A stretch of DNA of 64,000 nt from Phyllosticta citribraziliensis (GCF_038025025.1 NW_027117339.1:1426001-1490000), one strand, 5' to 3'. Positions 41,846-54,714 are shown, counted from the first letter of the stretch. Notes: a model not told the origin generated them from the letters alone. Program-made: numbers and translations.

Positions 41846-43021
41846 CTAAATTTCACCATTCTCCCTCGCCTTAACGCTGGCTGGATGCTTGTACCGCGCC
41901 CTCAAAAGCCTCTGCAACTGCCAGTCGCCCGCTCTAATCTCCTCATACTTGTCCTCCTCGCCTTCGACGACGCAGCTCGGCACCGTCTTGATGACGGCAT
42001 CGCTGCTCGGGCTGAAGAAGTAAGCCAAGCTGTGCCGCTCGGCGCCCACGCAGTTCTTAACCCGGTGCACCGTGCTGACGAACCGATCGTTGCTCGCGCG
42101 CTCCAGGAAGTCGCCCACGTTGACCACCAAGCTTCCCGGGACGGGTGGCGCCGCGATCCAGTGGCCAGACGGCGTCAGCACCTCGAGGCCGCCCTCCCCG
42201 CCGGCGGGCGAAGACAGCTGGTTGACGAGCGTGATGAAGCTGTAGTCGGCGTGCGCGCCGATGCCAATCGTCTCGGTGGCCCCTGAGCCCTCGGGAACCG
42301 GTGCTGCGGGCGGATACCGCAGCGCGCGCAGGCCGGCCATGGGGAAGCGGCACATGTGCTCAAAGTACTGCTCGTCCTGCTCCAGCGCCAGCGCTACCAT
42401 GCGCAGGATTGTCCTCGCAAACGCGGCGACGGCTTCGCGGTACGCGCAGAGCGTCTGGCGGAACGCAGGCAGCGCGTCGTCGGGCCACTGGTTCAGCGGC
42501 TTGCCAGACGGGTTTGCCGGGTAGTGCGAGAAGGTGGTGTCGAGGTCGGCCGGGGCGCGTTGTTCGGGCTCCCACGGGTCGTCGGCGCAGTTGAAGGCTT
42601 CCTTCATGTCGCCCTGCGTGCGGTGATCCAGGCGCGTCTCGTAGAGCGCCTCGTAGCCGCGGATCGCAGCGCTCTTGTTGATGTGGACAGCCATTTTGTC
42701 GGCGGCGGGCAGCGCGAAGAAGTCGCGGACTGCTTGCAGCGGCGCGTCGCTGAGCTGTGCAGACGGTATGCCATGGTTCACGGCGTACATGAAGCCTGTC
42801 TCTTTGAAGGCGCGGCCGACGGCTGCCGCGACGCTTTGCCGCTCAGGGAGGTGAGGTGAGTTCGCGAGGCTGAAGTCGACGGTGGGAATGCTTGTGAAGG
42901 TAGGTTTGCTGCCTGGCACAACGAATCGAATGCCCTTTCCCTTGCCCGCGTGAAAGCTGATTGACTCAGCGGGCGGTTGAGGTGCCGGTGAGCTGTCCGT
43001 TGCGAGGACACCTGGTGCCAT
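41846..43021 (-). CDS. 2-oxoglutarate/Fe(II)-dependent dioxygenase (IPNS-like fold)
   Basis: Intronless 391 aa. IPTVDFS...GFMYAVNHGI, HxD (GAHADY), VVNVGDFLERASNDRFVSTVHRV, RxS (RHS). Confidence 0.93.
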   Translation of the reverse strand: MAPGVLATDSSPAPQPPAESISFHAGKGKGIRFVVPGSKPTFTSIPTVDFSLANSPHLPERQSVAAAVGRAFKETGFMYAVNHGIPSAQLSDAPLQAVRDFFALPAADKMAVHINKSAAIRGYEALYETRLDHRTQGDMKEAFNCADDPWEPEQRAPADLDTTFSHYPANPSGKPLNQWPDDALPAFRQTLCAYREAVAAFARTILRMVALALEQDEQYFEHMCRFPMAGLRALRYPPAAPVPEGSGATETIGIGAHADYSFITLVNQLSSPAGGEGGLEVLTPSGHWIAAPPVPGSLVVNVGDFLERASNDRFVSTVHRVKNCVGAERHSLAYFFSPSSDAVIKTVPSCVVEGEEDKYEEIRAGDWQLQRLLRARYKHPASVKARENGEI

Positions 43022-43200
43022 GGCTGGTGATCTTTTTGAATGGAGTTTCTCTGTTTTGTGGCACTCGGGTTGATCGCAATCACTGCAACCTCAAGGAATA
43101 TATCCAGTCTTGTTGGTTCTTTATTCCTTCTTCTCGGCAGTTCCTACGCGCTTAAAAGGTGGAAATGTAGGTGAGCATCATGAGACGGATTTGTGGTCGT

Positions 43201-43578
43201 CTTATCAACACTCGACTGCCGTGTTGCGGGGGAACTTGGAGACCACCCCACTCTTTGGTATCGCGGCTCTTCTTCAGTCTGCCGAACAACATCCTGTAAA
43301 GAAAGAATCCTTCCATGTCCTGTTAGCCACTTACACCGCCGATATCTCGATTACAAACTGCTTTCCGTTCCTGATTAGGGTAAGTAATGTCCTGGCTCAA
43401 CGAATTCAACATGTTGACGTGGGAATAGATATTGCGCATCTATTATGCAGCGTTCAAAAAAAGGAAGAGATAGTCCATAGGTCCAAAAAGCGGGATTACC
43501 GAGAAGCCAACCACCAGTTACTGGAATTGCCCGGCCTCCAGTCTCTTTATCACAACAATCAGCTAGCGGGGCTTATCG
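43201..43578. promoter_or_regulatory. Four HGATAR sites (putative AreA/Nit2 binding) in a divergent promoter
   Basis: TTATCA at 43202 and 43547, AGATAG at 43468, TTATCG at 43573. Confidence 0.4.
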
Positions 43579-43678
43579 CCATGACCATCACTGTCAACAA
43601 AAGCTCGAGGGTGCCAGGCAGAGAAATGCGAGTGCGAATACAGGCCAGTGGACCCAACGCCGTGCATAGCGTAACAGT

Positions 43679-45715
43679 ATGCTAGTTTCCAGAATCAACA
43701 AGGCCCGAGTAGCCTTCTCCAGCGTTCGCAGCTTTGCCAGTGCTATTGAAACGAAGGAGTCTGCGCAGGGCAGACTCGAGCACCGCAACCCCTGGAGCAA
43801 TGAGGATCTCGACATCAGCCCCAGAAAGGACTGGACTTGGGGGTGGTGGGACTATGCTGCATTTTGGTGGTCCTATGGTAAGATCTCATCTTCTCTTCGC
43901 TGACCTTGACTGATTCGGTTCTGATTGTGTTCAGGATTCTCCACAGGCGTATGGGCGGCTGGATCCTCGCTTGTGTCTGTTGGATTGACATGGTGGCAAG
44001 GTGTGTAGACAGGAAGCTCGCATACTGTCACGAGGCCGACATGACGAGACTGACCACAACAGCCATCATCTGCATCTTCGTCTCCCACTTGCTCGGTGCG
44101 ATTGGAATGGCCATGCACTCCCGCTCGGCAGCAACATATCACTTTGGGTTCCCAGTCGCTAGTCGAATTGTCTGGGGACTGCGCGGCGCCTTCTTCCCCG
44201 TCTTCGTACGTGTTCTTGTGGGCACGATCTGGGTAGGTATCCAGCTGGTCCAGGGTGGCTACTTTACAGCAGTGCTTTTGCGCGCTGTCTTTGGCAAGTC
44301 TTTCCATGACTTGAAGAACACGATTCCAGCGAGTCAAGACATCACCGTCCAGCAGCTGATAGGACTTCTGATCTTTTGGTACGTCTTTCTGGTTGACTCT
44401 TAACTTGAGTGTTACCGTCACAGTGGGTGTCGAAAGACATGAGTATCCCTGCCCCTTGGATGCTACTAGGCAGTGAACCAATGCTGCCTGCAGATTTCAG
44501 TCGAACCACTGTGCCGTCAAGACTGACAAATAATTCACTCCAGGACTATCACCCTACCAATCCTGAGCATCCCGGTTCCACGGGTCCGAATCATCTACAC
44601 CGTCAAGTCCGTCGTCCTTCCACCCGTCGTAATCGGCCTCTTCATCTTCTGCATCCTCCAAGGCCGCGCACACGATTACAGCCCCGGCAAATTCTCAGCA
44701 TCGGCACCTATGCATGGCGCGACGCTGGCCTGGGCCATGCTCGCCGGCATCAATAGCGTCATGGGCAAGACGAGCACCTCCGTCGTCAACCAGCCCGACC
44801 TCGCGCGCTACGCGCGTACGAAGACGGCGCCCATGTGGTCCCAGTTGCTGGCGCTGCCGATTGGCAACACGCTGTGCGCCACCCTGGGCATATTTGGCAC
44901 CAGCGCCATCAATGCTGCGTGGGGCGCAGAGATCTGGAATCCTTGGGACTTGTCCGATGCCATTCTCGACCGGTACTGGAACGCTGGCGCCAGAGCTGGT
45001 GTTGCCGTTGTTGCGCTGGGCTTCATGTTTTCCATCTTTGGCAGTAACCTGGGGTTCGTATTTGCTCTCAGTCCTCGTTCCCGGTAACCTGGATTCAATG
45101 ACTGACACATTAACTTCATTCAGCGCAAACGTCATCCCCTGGGGCGCCGACACGTCAATCATCCTCCCACGCTTCATCAACATCCGCCGCGGCATGTACA
45201 TCTCCTACATCCTGGGCCTCGTAATCTGCCCCTGGAACATCCTCAACAGCGCAACGTCGTTCCTGCGTTTTCTCGGCGGCTACTCCATCTTCCTGGGCCC
45301 CTTTGTCGGCATCTTCCTGACCGACTACCTCGTCGTACGCCACGGCAACGTGCGCGTCGCCGCCCTGTTCGATCCCGCCGCGGCGAACGGCGCCTACTGG
45401 TACCGCGGCGGCATCAGCTGGCGCGCGGCCGTGGCCTACGTCGTTGCCGTCGTGCTGCCCATTCCGGGCTTCACTGCAGAGTTTGGATGCAAAGTCAGCG
45501 CCGGTGCTGTCCACCTTTACGAGATTGGCTGGCTGCTGACGTGCGTCGTAAGCAGCGTGGTTTACTGGGCGCTGTGTCGGTTGGGTGGTAGTTTTGCGGT
45601 GGAGGAGAGGCGTTTGCCATTTGAGGCTCTTGCTGCGGAGCAGTTGGAAGCGATGGAAGACGCGTCGGCCCAGGAGGTGGAAAGACTGCAGGTAAATGGT
45701 GCGATCAAGGTGTAA
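43679..45715 (+). CDS. NCS1 family nucleobase:cation symporter (Fur4/Dal4-like)
   Basis: WSNEDLD...WTWGWWDYAAFW, GFPVASRIVWG, VNQPDLARYA, IWNPWDL, PRFINIRRG, ICPWNIL, FLGGYSIFLGP. Four introns (43878-43934, about 44000-44061, 44379-44543, 45054-45123). Confidence 0.93.
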
Positions 45716-46159
45716 TTGACTGTAGATGGACGGTGTGGCAGTACTTCATGACCAAACTGGATGTGCGAGCGTGTATAATGCGCTCTACAACCCGTTTCTT
45801 GATTTCTGCTCAAAGTTGAAGTTTTGGAAATGCGAGCATAGGTCTCGTAGTCATAGCACAGTGTCTTGATGACGGGTGTCTAGCCGCTCAGCTGGTGCGA
45901 AAACGTGATTTGTCTCGGAGCGCAGTATCATCAGAGATCTGGTGACAGTTTATCAGCTTCTGATGCTCCAAAAATTACCTTCAACTCAGGTGCCTTCAGC
46001 ATGTTTCTCATCTGATTCTCAATTGTGTGTATACGCACAAGGCCTGAGTGGCCCGCATTTTTAGCCTTTCCCATCTTGCCCTGACCGAGCCTTCTCAAAC
46101 GCCATAAAGGTCAAATTCAAGGTAACAACGTGGGCTACCCGTCAACGATAGCGCGAAGT

Positions 46160-47099
46160 CTATGCAGCAAGCTTCTCTGCGCCAGCCTCGACTGTCACAG
46201 CACCAGCCCCAAAGCCACCGGTACTACCGAAGCCACCAGCACCACGTACAGTCTCATCGAGCTGTTCCACCGCCACGATTTCAGGAAGAGCGATTCTCTC
46301 GACAACCAGTTGTGCAATGCGGTCACCGGGCGTGATGTCGAAGTCCTCGTCTGAGAGGTTGGCGAGCAAAACGCCGACGTCGCCACGGTAGTCGGCGTCG
46401 ATGACACCAGCGAGGGTGTCGATGCCGTGCTTGGCAGCAAGTCCGGAGCGAGGAGCGATGCGGCCATCTTCCAAATGAGTCAGCAGCTACAGGCGACAAG
46501 CTTGTTGAATACCTACAGGTACCAGCGGGGAGGGCTATCCGAATGCCGGTCGGAACCACACCCCGACCACGCTTGGGGATCGTGACAGCTTCCGAGCTGT
46601 AGATGTCGTAGCCAGCGGCAAAGGCGGAGCCCTTCTTCGGGAGCTGGGCGGTCTTGGACACTAGCTGCACTTGCAGCGTCTCTAGCGCAGCGGCCATGGT
46701 TGTAACGTTTGCGGGAGTGGGAGAAGCGTTGCCAGACAAGTCGCCGACGGCCGAAGCTTGTACGAGGGATGGGTTGTTGACGGATGAGGCAGGCTCGGGC
46801 TCAATGTGCTTGGTGCGCTTCGGAGGCTGCGTCGAGGTTAGCGTAGTGAAGGGGGACGAGTGAAGATGATTGCAGTGCGGATGGCGGGGTCAATTGCTCT
46901 CGCGTCGAGGAGACAGGCTTCGTATGGCCGACGCCAATCTGACCTCGGTCAATGGAAGCCATCTGCCTCGTGCAAGCAAGCAGGCGTCACAGGTCGCGGC
47001 GCAGTGGTATGGGTGCCGTACCGGAGACGAGGGTTCAGAGGGCGGATCGTGGTGAGAGGGAGTGGCAGCAGGGACTGCAGAATGAATGGTGCTAGGCAT
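46160..47099 (-). CDS. DUT1: dUTP pyrophosphatase
   Basis: All five dUTPase motifs: [43 protein letters not shown]. Upstream exon 47099-47022. Introns 47021-46827 and 46516-46468. Second in-frame ATG at 46697. Confidence 0.95.
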
Positions 47100-47192
47100 G
47101 TCTAGGGAATGAGATGGAAGAGGTTGAGCAGGCGCACCTAGGCTAAGGTAAGTCGACGGTGGTGGTGAAGTTAAAGTGACAGCGGGAGGAAG

Positions 47193-47208
47193 ACGCGTCG
47201 GAACGCGT
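47193..47208. promoter_or_regulatory. Tandem MCB elements (ACGCGT x2)
   Basis: ACGCGT at 47193 and 47203, about 95-110 nt upstream of the DUT1 ATG, in the DUT1/CLIP divergent promoter. Confidence 0.55.
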
Positions 47209-47643
47209 AGAGACGACCGGACGGAGACAGACGCGCCGAGGGCGGGCCGGACGGCGGCCGAAGAGCCGGGCTTGGCAGTTTTCACCTCAGGCACCCAGTG
47301 TTCGCCCTGCCCTCCGCTGGGCGCACAGGGTCAATGGTCGGTGCAGTGGCAACGAGGTGCAGCATCCCCATGGGCCCCGGCCCCTGTTCGCCGCATCCAA
47401 GGTCACCCAGACACAAACAACAACCACGGACCCGGACATCGACTCGGTGCGCCTCTCGCCCTCACTTCCGCTCAGCTCTGCCCTCTCAATGAGGCAGCCG
47501 CGACATTGCTCTAGCAGGGAACGCCGCCCCGTACACCCCGACCTCTAGTCCCGCATCCAGCGCCATCCCAATCCCCCACTGGCGCTGTCCAGCCCCGGTC
47601 TGTCTCCAAGCTTTAGGGCTCCCGTCGCACAAAGCCTCTCACC

Positions 47644-50055
47644 ATGTCAACACTCCAAACGCCCCGCCGTACAAACACCAGGCCGTCGCTGGCAAGACCG
47701 GGCATCAACACCGCCTCCACGCCCGTCCTAAGGCCCTCTGCGAAGACCGCCTTTGATCGCAAAGCCTCCCTGAACGCGCTAGCCGTCCCTCCTCTGCGCT
47801 CCCCCGACATGTCCAGTGCTGCCAACCTTGGAGGAGATGGCCAGCCCCTTGCCGTCGGCGATATCGTCGACGTGCCCGGCCAAATGCACGGCTCCGTCAA
47901 ATTCATCGGCAACGTCAAAGGGAAGAGCGGCACCTTTGTCGGAGTTGAGCTCTCCAAGGAGTATGCAAGCCGCGGCAAGAACGATGGCAACGTCGATGGG
48001 TGAGTTTTACGTCGAGCTGTCCTACGTCAAGCGCCCGCTAACATCTCCAGCACCTATTATTTCAACACATCAATTCCTGGCTCCGGCATCTTCTTGCCTC
48101 TCCATAGAGCTTCGAAACGCGCTTCGGGCACCTTGAACTCGGATCATCTCCCACCCACTCCACTCACGCCTGGCTTTGGAGCTTCTGAGCGAGACGGTCC
48201 AGATGGCTCGCCCAAGACTCCTGGTAGGAAGTTTTCACAGTCCGTGGGGCCTGGTCGGAACTCTCCAGGCAAAACGAAAAGGCCATCGCTCCCGCGTCCC
48301 GAGTCCCCGTATAAAAACAAGCCAAATTTGGCGCCGACAGCGGGCAGAAAGTCATCGATGCCTCGGCCAGGAGGGTTTTCGCAGAGTGTTGGCGGCGCGC
48401 CTCCTCGCTTCTCCCCCAGTCCCGGCCCGCAGAGGATGGTAAAGACTGGATCGCAATCGGCTAGGAAGACTCCCTCAAGGACAGGCTCCAGGGCTACGAA
48501 CGGACATGACGAGGATGCCGAGACCGAGTCCGTGGTGACTTCTATGAGCGAAGTGAGCAGATTTGCGTCAAACAATCAAACCGAGCAGGAGGTCATTAGA
48601 CTGCAAAAGTCTCTCGACGAGCGGGACAGGCAACTCAGGGAGCAGGCTTCCAGTCTCGCAGAGATGGAATCAGCATTGCAGGAGATTCAAAACATGCTCC
48701 CAACTGATATGCCGCCTCCAATCCCAGAGTACGAAGATGCCGACGCCCAACGGCTGCGAATGCTGCTCCGGGAGAAGAATGAAAAGATTGGTGTGCTCAC
48801 AGCAGAATTCGACATGCATCGAGCCGACTTTCGCAGTACCATTGATACTTTGGAGATGGCGTCATCCGAAACGGTCCGCGTCTACGAACATCGGATTGAA
48901 GAGCTCATGGCAGAATTGAACGAACTCCATGAGCGGAGTGAAGACGTGGACAGCGTTGCAGAACAACTAAAGCAGCTGGAGGAGCTTGTACAAGAACTCG
49001 AAGAGGGTTTGGAAGATGCAAGGCGTGGGGAAGCCGAAGCTCGTGCAGAAGTCGAGTTCCTTCGAGGAGAGGTTGAGCGAGGGCGCAGTGAATTGCGGCG
49101 CGAAAGGGAGAAGGCCGCTGCGGCATTGAAGGGTGCACAGGCAATGGATTCCTCGCGCGAGGTTGAACAGCGCGACGACGAGATCCGAGGCCTCAAGGCC
49201 ATCATCCACTCTCTCAGCTCAGGCGGTGATCTGCAAAGCCCTGGCCTCGAGAAGCGCGCATCTGTCCACAACGAGGCTGAGATGACGGACCTCCGGGGCC
49301 AGCTCGATCGAGCTGAGCGCGAGAAGGAGGAACTTCGCGGTCTCATTGAACGCAAATCTTTCCGCGAAGAAGAATTGGAGCGCGAGCTGGAACGGATGCG
49401 CACCCAAAGCGCCCTGACAGGCGAGGCCCCTCGCGTCAGCACGGCGAGCCACGACAATTCGACGCCAAGGGGCTCAGAGAGCACCGTGGTCAGTTGGCGC
49501 AGCCAGCCGCGCAACAAGACGCAGCAGAATCTGCAGACCAGTTCACATGGCAGCCATAACCAAAGTAGCACGCCGCGCTCGCAACGCACAGTTGCTGAGT
49601 CCATGGATGGCGAAGACCACCCGGAGTCCTCTGAAGGTGGCGCTAGCGAGCTGTTTTGCGAGATTTGCGAGACGCCAGGCCATGACATTCTGAGTTGCCA
49701 CAACGAGTCTCCGGCCGATCTGCCGCGTTCCTCTCCCTCGGTCAACCATCAAAATCGCCCGCAGAGCAACATGCACCACAACGAGTTGCATCTGACACCT
49801 TCGCACGAGTCGGGAGATCTGTCGAACACCATGCGTGGACTCAACATCACCAAGGCCAGCTCTCCAAAGCCTCCTACTAGTCCTGCACACGCCCCCGCTC
49901 CTGGACCTGCCCCCGAGGCCTCTCTGCCTGATCCCTACTCGACGAGTCTGGTGGCTGGCAGTGGCCAAAAGGCGGCAGACCCAGACAAGTGGTGTGCCCT
50001 CTGTGAGCGTGACGGCCACGACGCCACGGCTTGCCCATTTGAAGACATGCTGTAG
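47644..50055 (+). CDS. BIK1: CLIP-170/Bik1/Tip1-like microtubule plus-end tracking protein
   Basis: CAP-Gly domain (GKNDG), intron 48000-48050, long coiled coil, and two CCHC zinc knuckles (CEICETPGHDILSC, CALCERDGHDATAC). Confidence 0.9.
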
Positions 50056-51934
50056 AATGTCCATGTCGAATGTACTTCTTCGCGCGAATCATCGGTCAAG
50101 AAGAGGGCAGTCGGACGAGTCAAAAAGCTTGCGAGGCTCACAAGGGGACGCTGAGCAGCAACCAAAGCATCTTTATGACAACGAGACGGCTGCAAAATGT
50201 TTGGCTCGGCTCGGTGGTCGATGGGGCGTCGGTCAGTATTTGTCTTTGCGCGCGCGTACCTGGCAGTAGTATACCCGTATTCTTATGGTCTTTTTGTTAC
50301 CTGGCTCTTGCTTTTGACTTCTTCCTTCTTCGCGCGTCGCGATAGCACGAAACTTGCTCGTTTGCTTAATTGCTTGCTTGCTTTGATTATTAGATCGCCT
50401 TGCGCGAACAAGGTAGGTCTTTCTGTTTCTGGTGAAAGTATAGTACAGCAGCACGGGACTGTATTTTTGATCTAGTCCAACTTTCTTTCGGAACCTGGAA
50501 CAACTGGGCTCTGCCCGACTGGGAATTCTTTCCTATCATTACTGTGGTGGGAAATGCTGTCGTCATCATTCTGGGTTGATGGTTCGGGACTATCTCAATG
50601 AAGCTTCTTTCTGTGCATGGTAATCGCCACGGTACAAAGAGGGGTACAAGAGAAGGAGATATTCTAGGCCTAATATTCACTTGAGTTCTTCTTTACCATC
50701 CGAGTCTTTTTCTGGTCTCTACATTCGACCCCGCTGCGGCTGTCATTTCTTGCTCAGTCTTCGCTTCGCGTCTTTGACAGACGATGGTTGCTTTGGTTCT
50801 CTTGCGGTAATAATGTAAGCTGTGACGTGAGAATTGTGTGGTATAGGAGAGTGATGTATTATTAATTCCCTGCGGCCTTCTTCTATCTTTTTTTGCGACA
50901 AAGTCCTCGTCTCTTGTACGATGATTATCGAGCAGTGTTGTGCCTCGAGCTGAACGTCATGTAAACCACAATAGTGTTGTCTGAAGGAGCACCATCCACG
51001 ATCATGCCACAATTTGCAACGTCTGAAATAAACTGTGGCAGTTGCATGACCTTGAAATTTGATCGTGGCGAGTGATGTCTTGCGAAGGCGACGTCTCGCC
51101 ATCCCCTGATCTCACACCACGGACATTGAAGCTTCCGGCGTACCGCATCCAAGCTGTGCCGCTCTTTCTACCTTGTCTCTGGCCGACGACGTTTCGTACG
51201 CAACAGAAGGAAGGAGGAAAGCCAGGAAAAATGTCCTTTTTACACGAAAAGTGCCATCATGACCAACTTCCAACGCGCACTCCGTCCAATCTTCAACGCG
51301 TACAAGACGCGTGTTTCCGCGGCGTCGAAGCCATGACCCTGAGAAGGCAGGGATGGTGCGCCTATGCGTCATCCAGTTGCACTTGAAGGGGCAAGCAGAC
51401 GTCGCTCGCAAGCTCTACCGCAAATCGGCCCTTTGAGCCGCACTGGTCAGCGACGAACCTCAGCATCGTAACTGGACAGGAAAAGAGCATGGATGAAGAG
51501 CTGGGATTCACGAAAATGTCTTGAGTTTCCGAAAGCCTCAAAGGTCGGCGGCTCCGAACGCCCAAACGTTCGCTGCGGCGTCGAATTCGCAACTCGGAGA
51601 TGCCCTGTCGACAGCATGTGTCGCCTGGGACTTATCAACCACGTTTGGGAAGATTATCGAATCCAATGAGTATCATGATGGACATGAGGAAAAGACGGCG
51701 TCTTATCAGGCCGTCGAAGCGGACGGCATCTCCACTAATTATCTCGGGACCCTTGAGGCATTGAAGTGGGCACGCGAGCCATGACGGCGTAAGATTCTTT
51801 TTACTCATCCACCGACGCTTCCCGTTTAAGCGTGCGCGCGCACTTTTGCTCTTCCATCTCTTGCTCGTCCTCTCTCCATCGGCCGCCTCCGCCCGCCTGC
51901 TGCCCCCCTTCCGACAGGCAAAGCCTCTTGTCCC

Positions 51935-53986
51935 ATGGCCCATTCCGACTCGCCCGTCGACCGTGTGTTTCCTGACAAGGAAGCCGAAGCGAAAGACATG
52001 GCAGCCGACCATGACGTCGAGCACGGTGCGGACCACGTGCATCACCAACAGCGCGAGGCGTCGGCGCTCAAGGCGTTGGACCTGGTGAAGGAGCACGACC
52101 AGCACCACCCGCGCTACTGGCCGACGTGGAAGCGCTGGGCCATCATCAGCGTCTACTGCCTGCTGCAGGTCTTTGTGACGTTGACGACGACGTCGTACGT
52201 CTCCGCCGAGACGGCGATTCAGGGTTCGTTTGGAGGAGGCACCCAAGTGGTCACGCTCGGCCAGTCAATGTTTATTGTCGGCAATGCGGTTGGGCCGGCC
52301 TTTTTGGGGCCGCTGTCGTAAGCAACAACAATGCGCCGGGCTTATAGCAGAGAGCGGACGCGCTAAACTGAGCCTTTTCTCATATTATAGTGACATCGGA
52401 GGGCGCAAATGGGTTTACGTCGTGTCCATCGCCGTGTTCGCGCTGCTCAACATTGTAAGTCTGAGCGCAAAGCGAGCATCATGTTGCCTTGGCTTTGGCT
52501 GACTCGAGACTCGCTGCTGCGGGGAAAAGGCCACCGCATTGGCACGCAACCTGCCCATGCTCATCGTCTTCCAATTCCTCTGCGGTGCGGCGGGCAGCAC
52601 CGCCCTCTCCAACGTCGCGGGAACCATTGCGGACCTCTTTGCCGATGCCGACAACGCTGCCCAGGCGATGGGCCTCTTTGTGGCCTCTGCGAACATTGGC
52701 CCAAGTCTGGGCTCGCCCGTGGGCGAGTGGCTGTCTTTTTATAACCCTGGATCGTGGAGGTGGATCTTCTGGATCAAGTAGGTCTTTTCCCCGTAATCGG
52801 CGACCCTTGACACCCCAGGCCCTCGCATCTGGGGCAGTGAAGAATGAGGTTTAGTGCCCAAAGTCGTGGCACACACAACGTCACTTGAACAGAAAGAAAG
52901 AGACGCAGACGGGGAGCATTCGTGGAGGAGTGAAAAAAGAACGCTCAGGGGCTACACTGGCCCAGAGTAAAAAGAAGAGAGATGGTGTCAGGGAGTATTA
53001 GATATTCCGTTTCTTGGACAGAAATTGTGTGCCGCGACTATTGGCGACATGCTTCGGAAGCTGAACAAAAGGGACGATATCGATGGCTGACATCTGCACG
53101 CAGCGTCATTATTGGCGGCGGTTTCTCCGTCCTCATGACCCTGGTCCCAGAGACGCTTCCTCGCGTGGTAATTGCGAGAGCGGCCAAGCGCGGCGAAGCC
53201 GTTGATCCGGATGAGGTCGCGGTGGCCGAGACCAAAGTCAACGTCTTCCAAGAAATCCGGTTCATCTTCACCATGGCCATCCGCATAATGTTCACGGAGC
53301 CGGCCGTCATCTTCCTTGCAGTCTACAACGGATTTGCGTACGGATTGCTCTTCCTGTATCTCGACGGCGTCTTCGACGTTTTTGTCGACAACAACGGCCT
53401 CAGCTACATCGGTGCCGATTTGACCTATCTCAACTTCGTCGTCGGCGTGACGGTCATGTTTTGCTTTTTGCCAGTGCAAACGTACCTCTACAAGCGCGAT
53501 CGCGAAAGCCGTGGAGGCAAGGGCCGTCCCGAAGCCAGGTTTCTGGCGTCCTTGGTCACTGTTTGGGGGTTCCCGCTGTCCCTGTTTTGGTTCGCCTTTA
53601 CGAGCGACGGCAACACAAGCTACTGGTCTCCCATTGTCGCAGGTGGAGTCCTGGGCTTTGCCGACCCGCTGCTGTATCTTGGAATGCTGAACTACATTGC
53701 TGGTAAGCAAGTGTCTCTTCTCGGTGGTCGAGATTAAGTGTTGACTTACTGGACAGATTCGTATCCGAATGTCGCCGCTTCGGCAATCGCAGCCTTCTTG
53801 ATTCCTTCCTTCACCTTGGCAGCGGGCTTTGCGCACATTGGAATCATCATGTTTGCCAACCTGGGCACGACGTGGGCCATGGCTTGTCTCGCTTTCATCA
53901 GCCTGGGAATCGTGGCCCTGGTTTACATCCTGTACTTTTTCGGTCCCTGGCTGAGAAAGAAGAGCAAGCTGGCAAAGAGCTTCTAG
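51935..53986 (+). CDS. MFS transporter, DHA1-like
   Basis: HPRYWPTWKRW, GPAFLGPLSDIGGRK, GTIADLF, WRWIFWIN, PETLP, GRPEARF. Introns 52318-52390, 52455-52529, 52778-53103, 53703-53756. Confidence 0.92.
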
Positions 53987-54714
53987 AATCGGAAGGAAAG
54001 CGATGGCGGATGTAAGTCAGAGAATATGAAAGAAGGCGAATGTGCGACGACGAAGGAAGAGGAGGCTCACAGCGGAGAGAAACTTTGAGGAAAAGTGAGA
54101 GATACCCCATTTTCATTGTGTATTAGTCAGTTAGATAGAGAAATGAATAGACCTCGTTGATTGAGTTTCGATGGCGTTGTGAGTAAGAGGTCCCCAAGCT
54201 AGTGAAAGGAAGTTTTTTTGTCGGTAGCAGCCACAACTCGTATTCTTGAGCCTATACTCCAGTGTCGAACGCCAGGTCGAATTTGTTCGTCGCGCAGATA
54301 GCAACATCTGATAAGGCGTTGTCGCATCATGCTTTGGTTCAAGCTTTCGAACCAGAGTGGTGATTGGTGGTCGAAGGTTAAGCATGCTTTTTGACCGTGG
54401 TAGGGTCGGAAATAGGGCGGGTTTACTCCACAAAAGACAGCCAACGGTGCGGGGAAGGGATCGCGAAGCGACACCTCGGTTCTCCACCGCCAACGTGCCA
54501 CACGACATGAAGCAAAGGAGCCGCTGCACCACTCGCAGCAGGCCAAGGATTCGACCTACCCTGTCGGACTACTTCGGTTAAGGGCTGCAGGAGCCTCCGC
54601 ATCTTGGATTCTGTATATCTATCGAGCGCCTTCATCCCGCATCCTAGTGGGTCTACCGTCCTGCACAAGGTGCCGCATTCATTGCTGATCAAACAGGCAG
54701 ACACTTTTTGAGCC

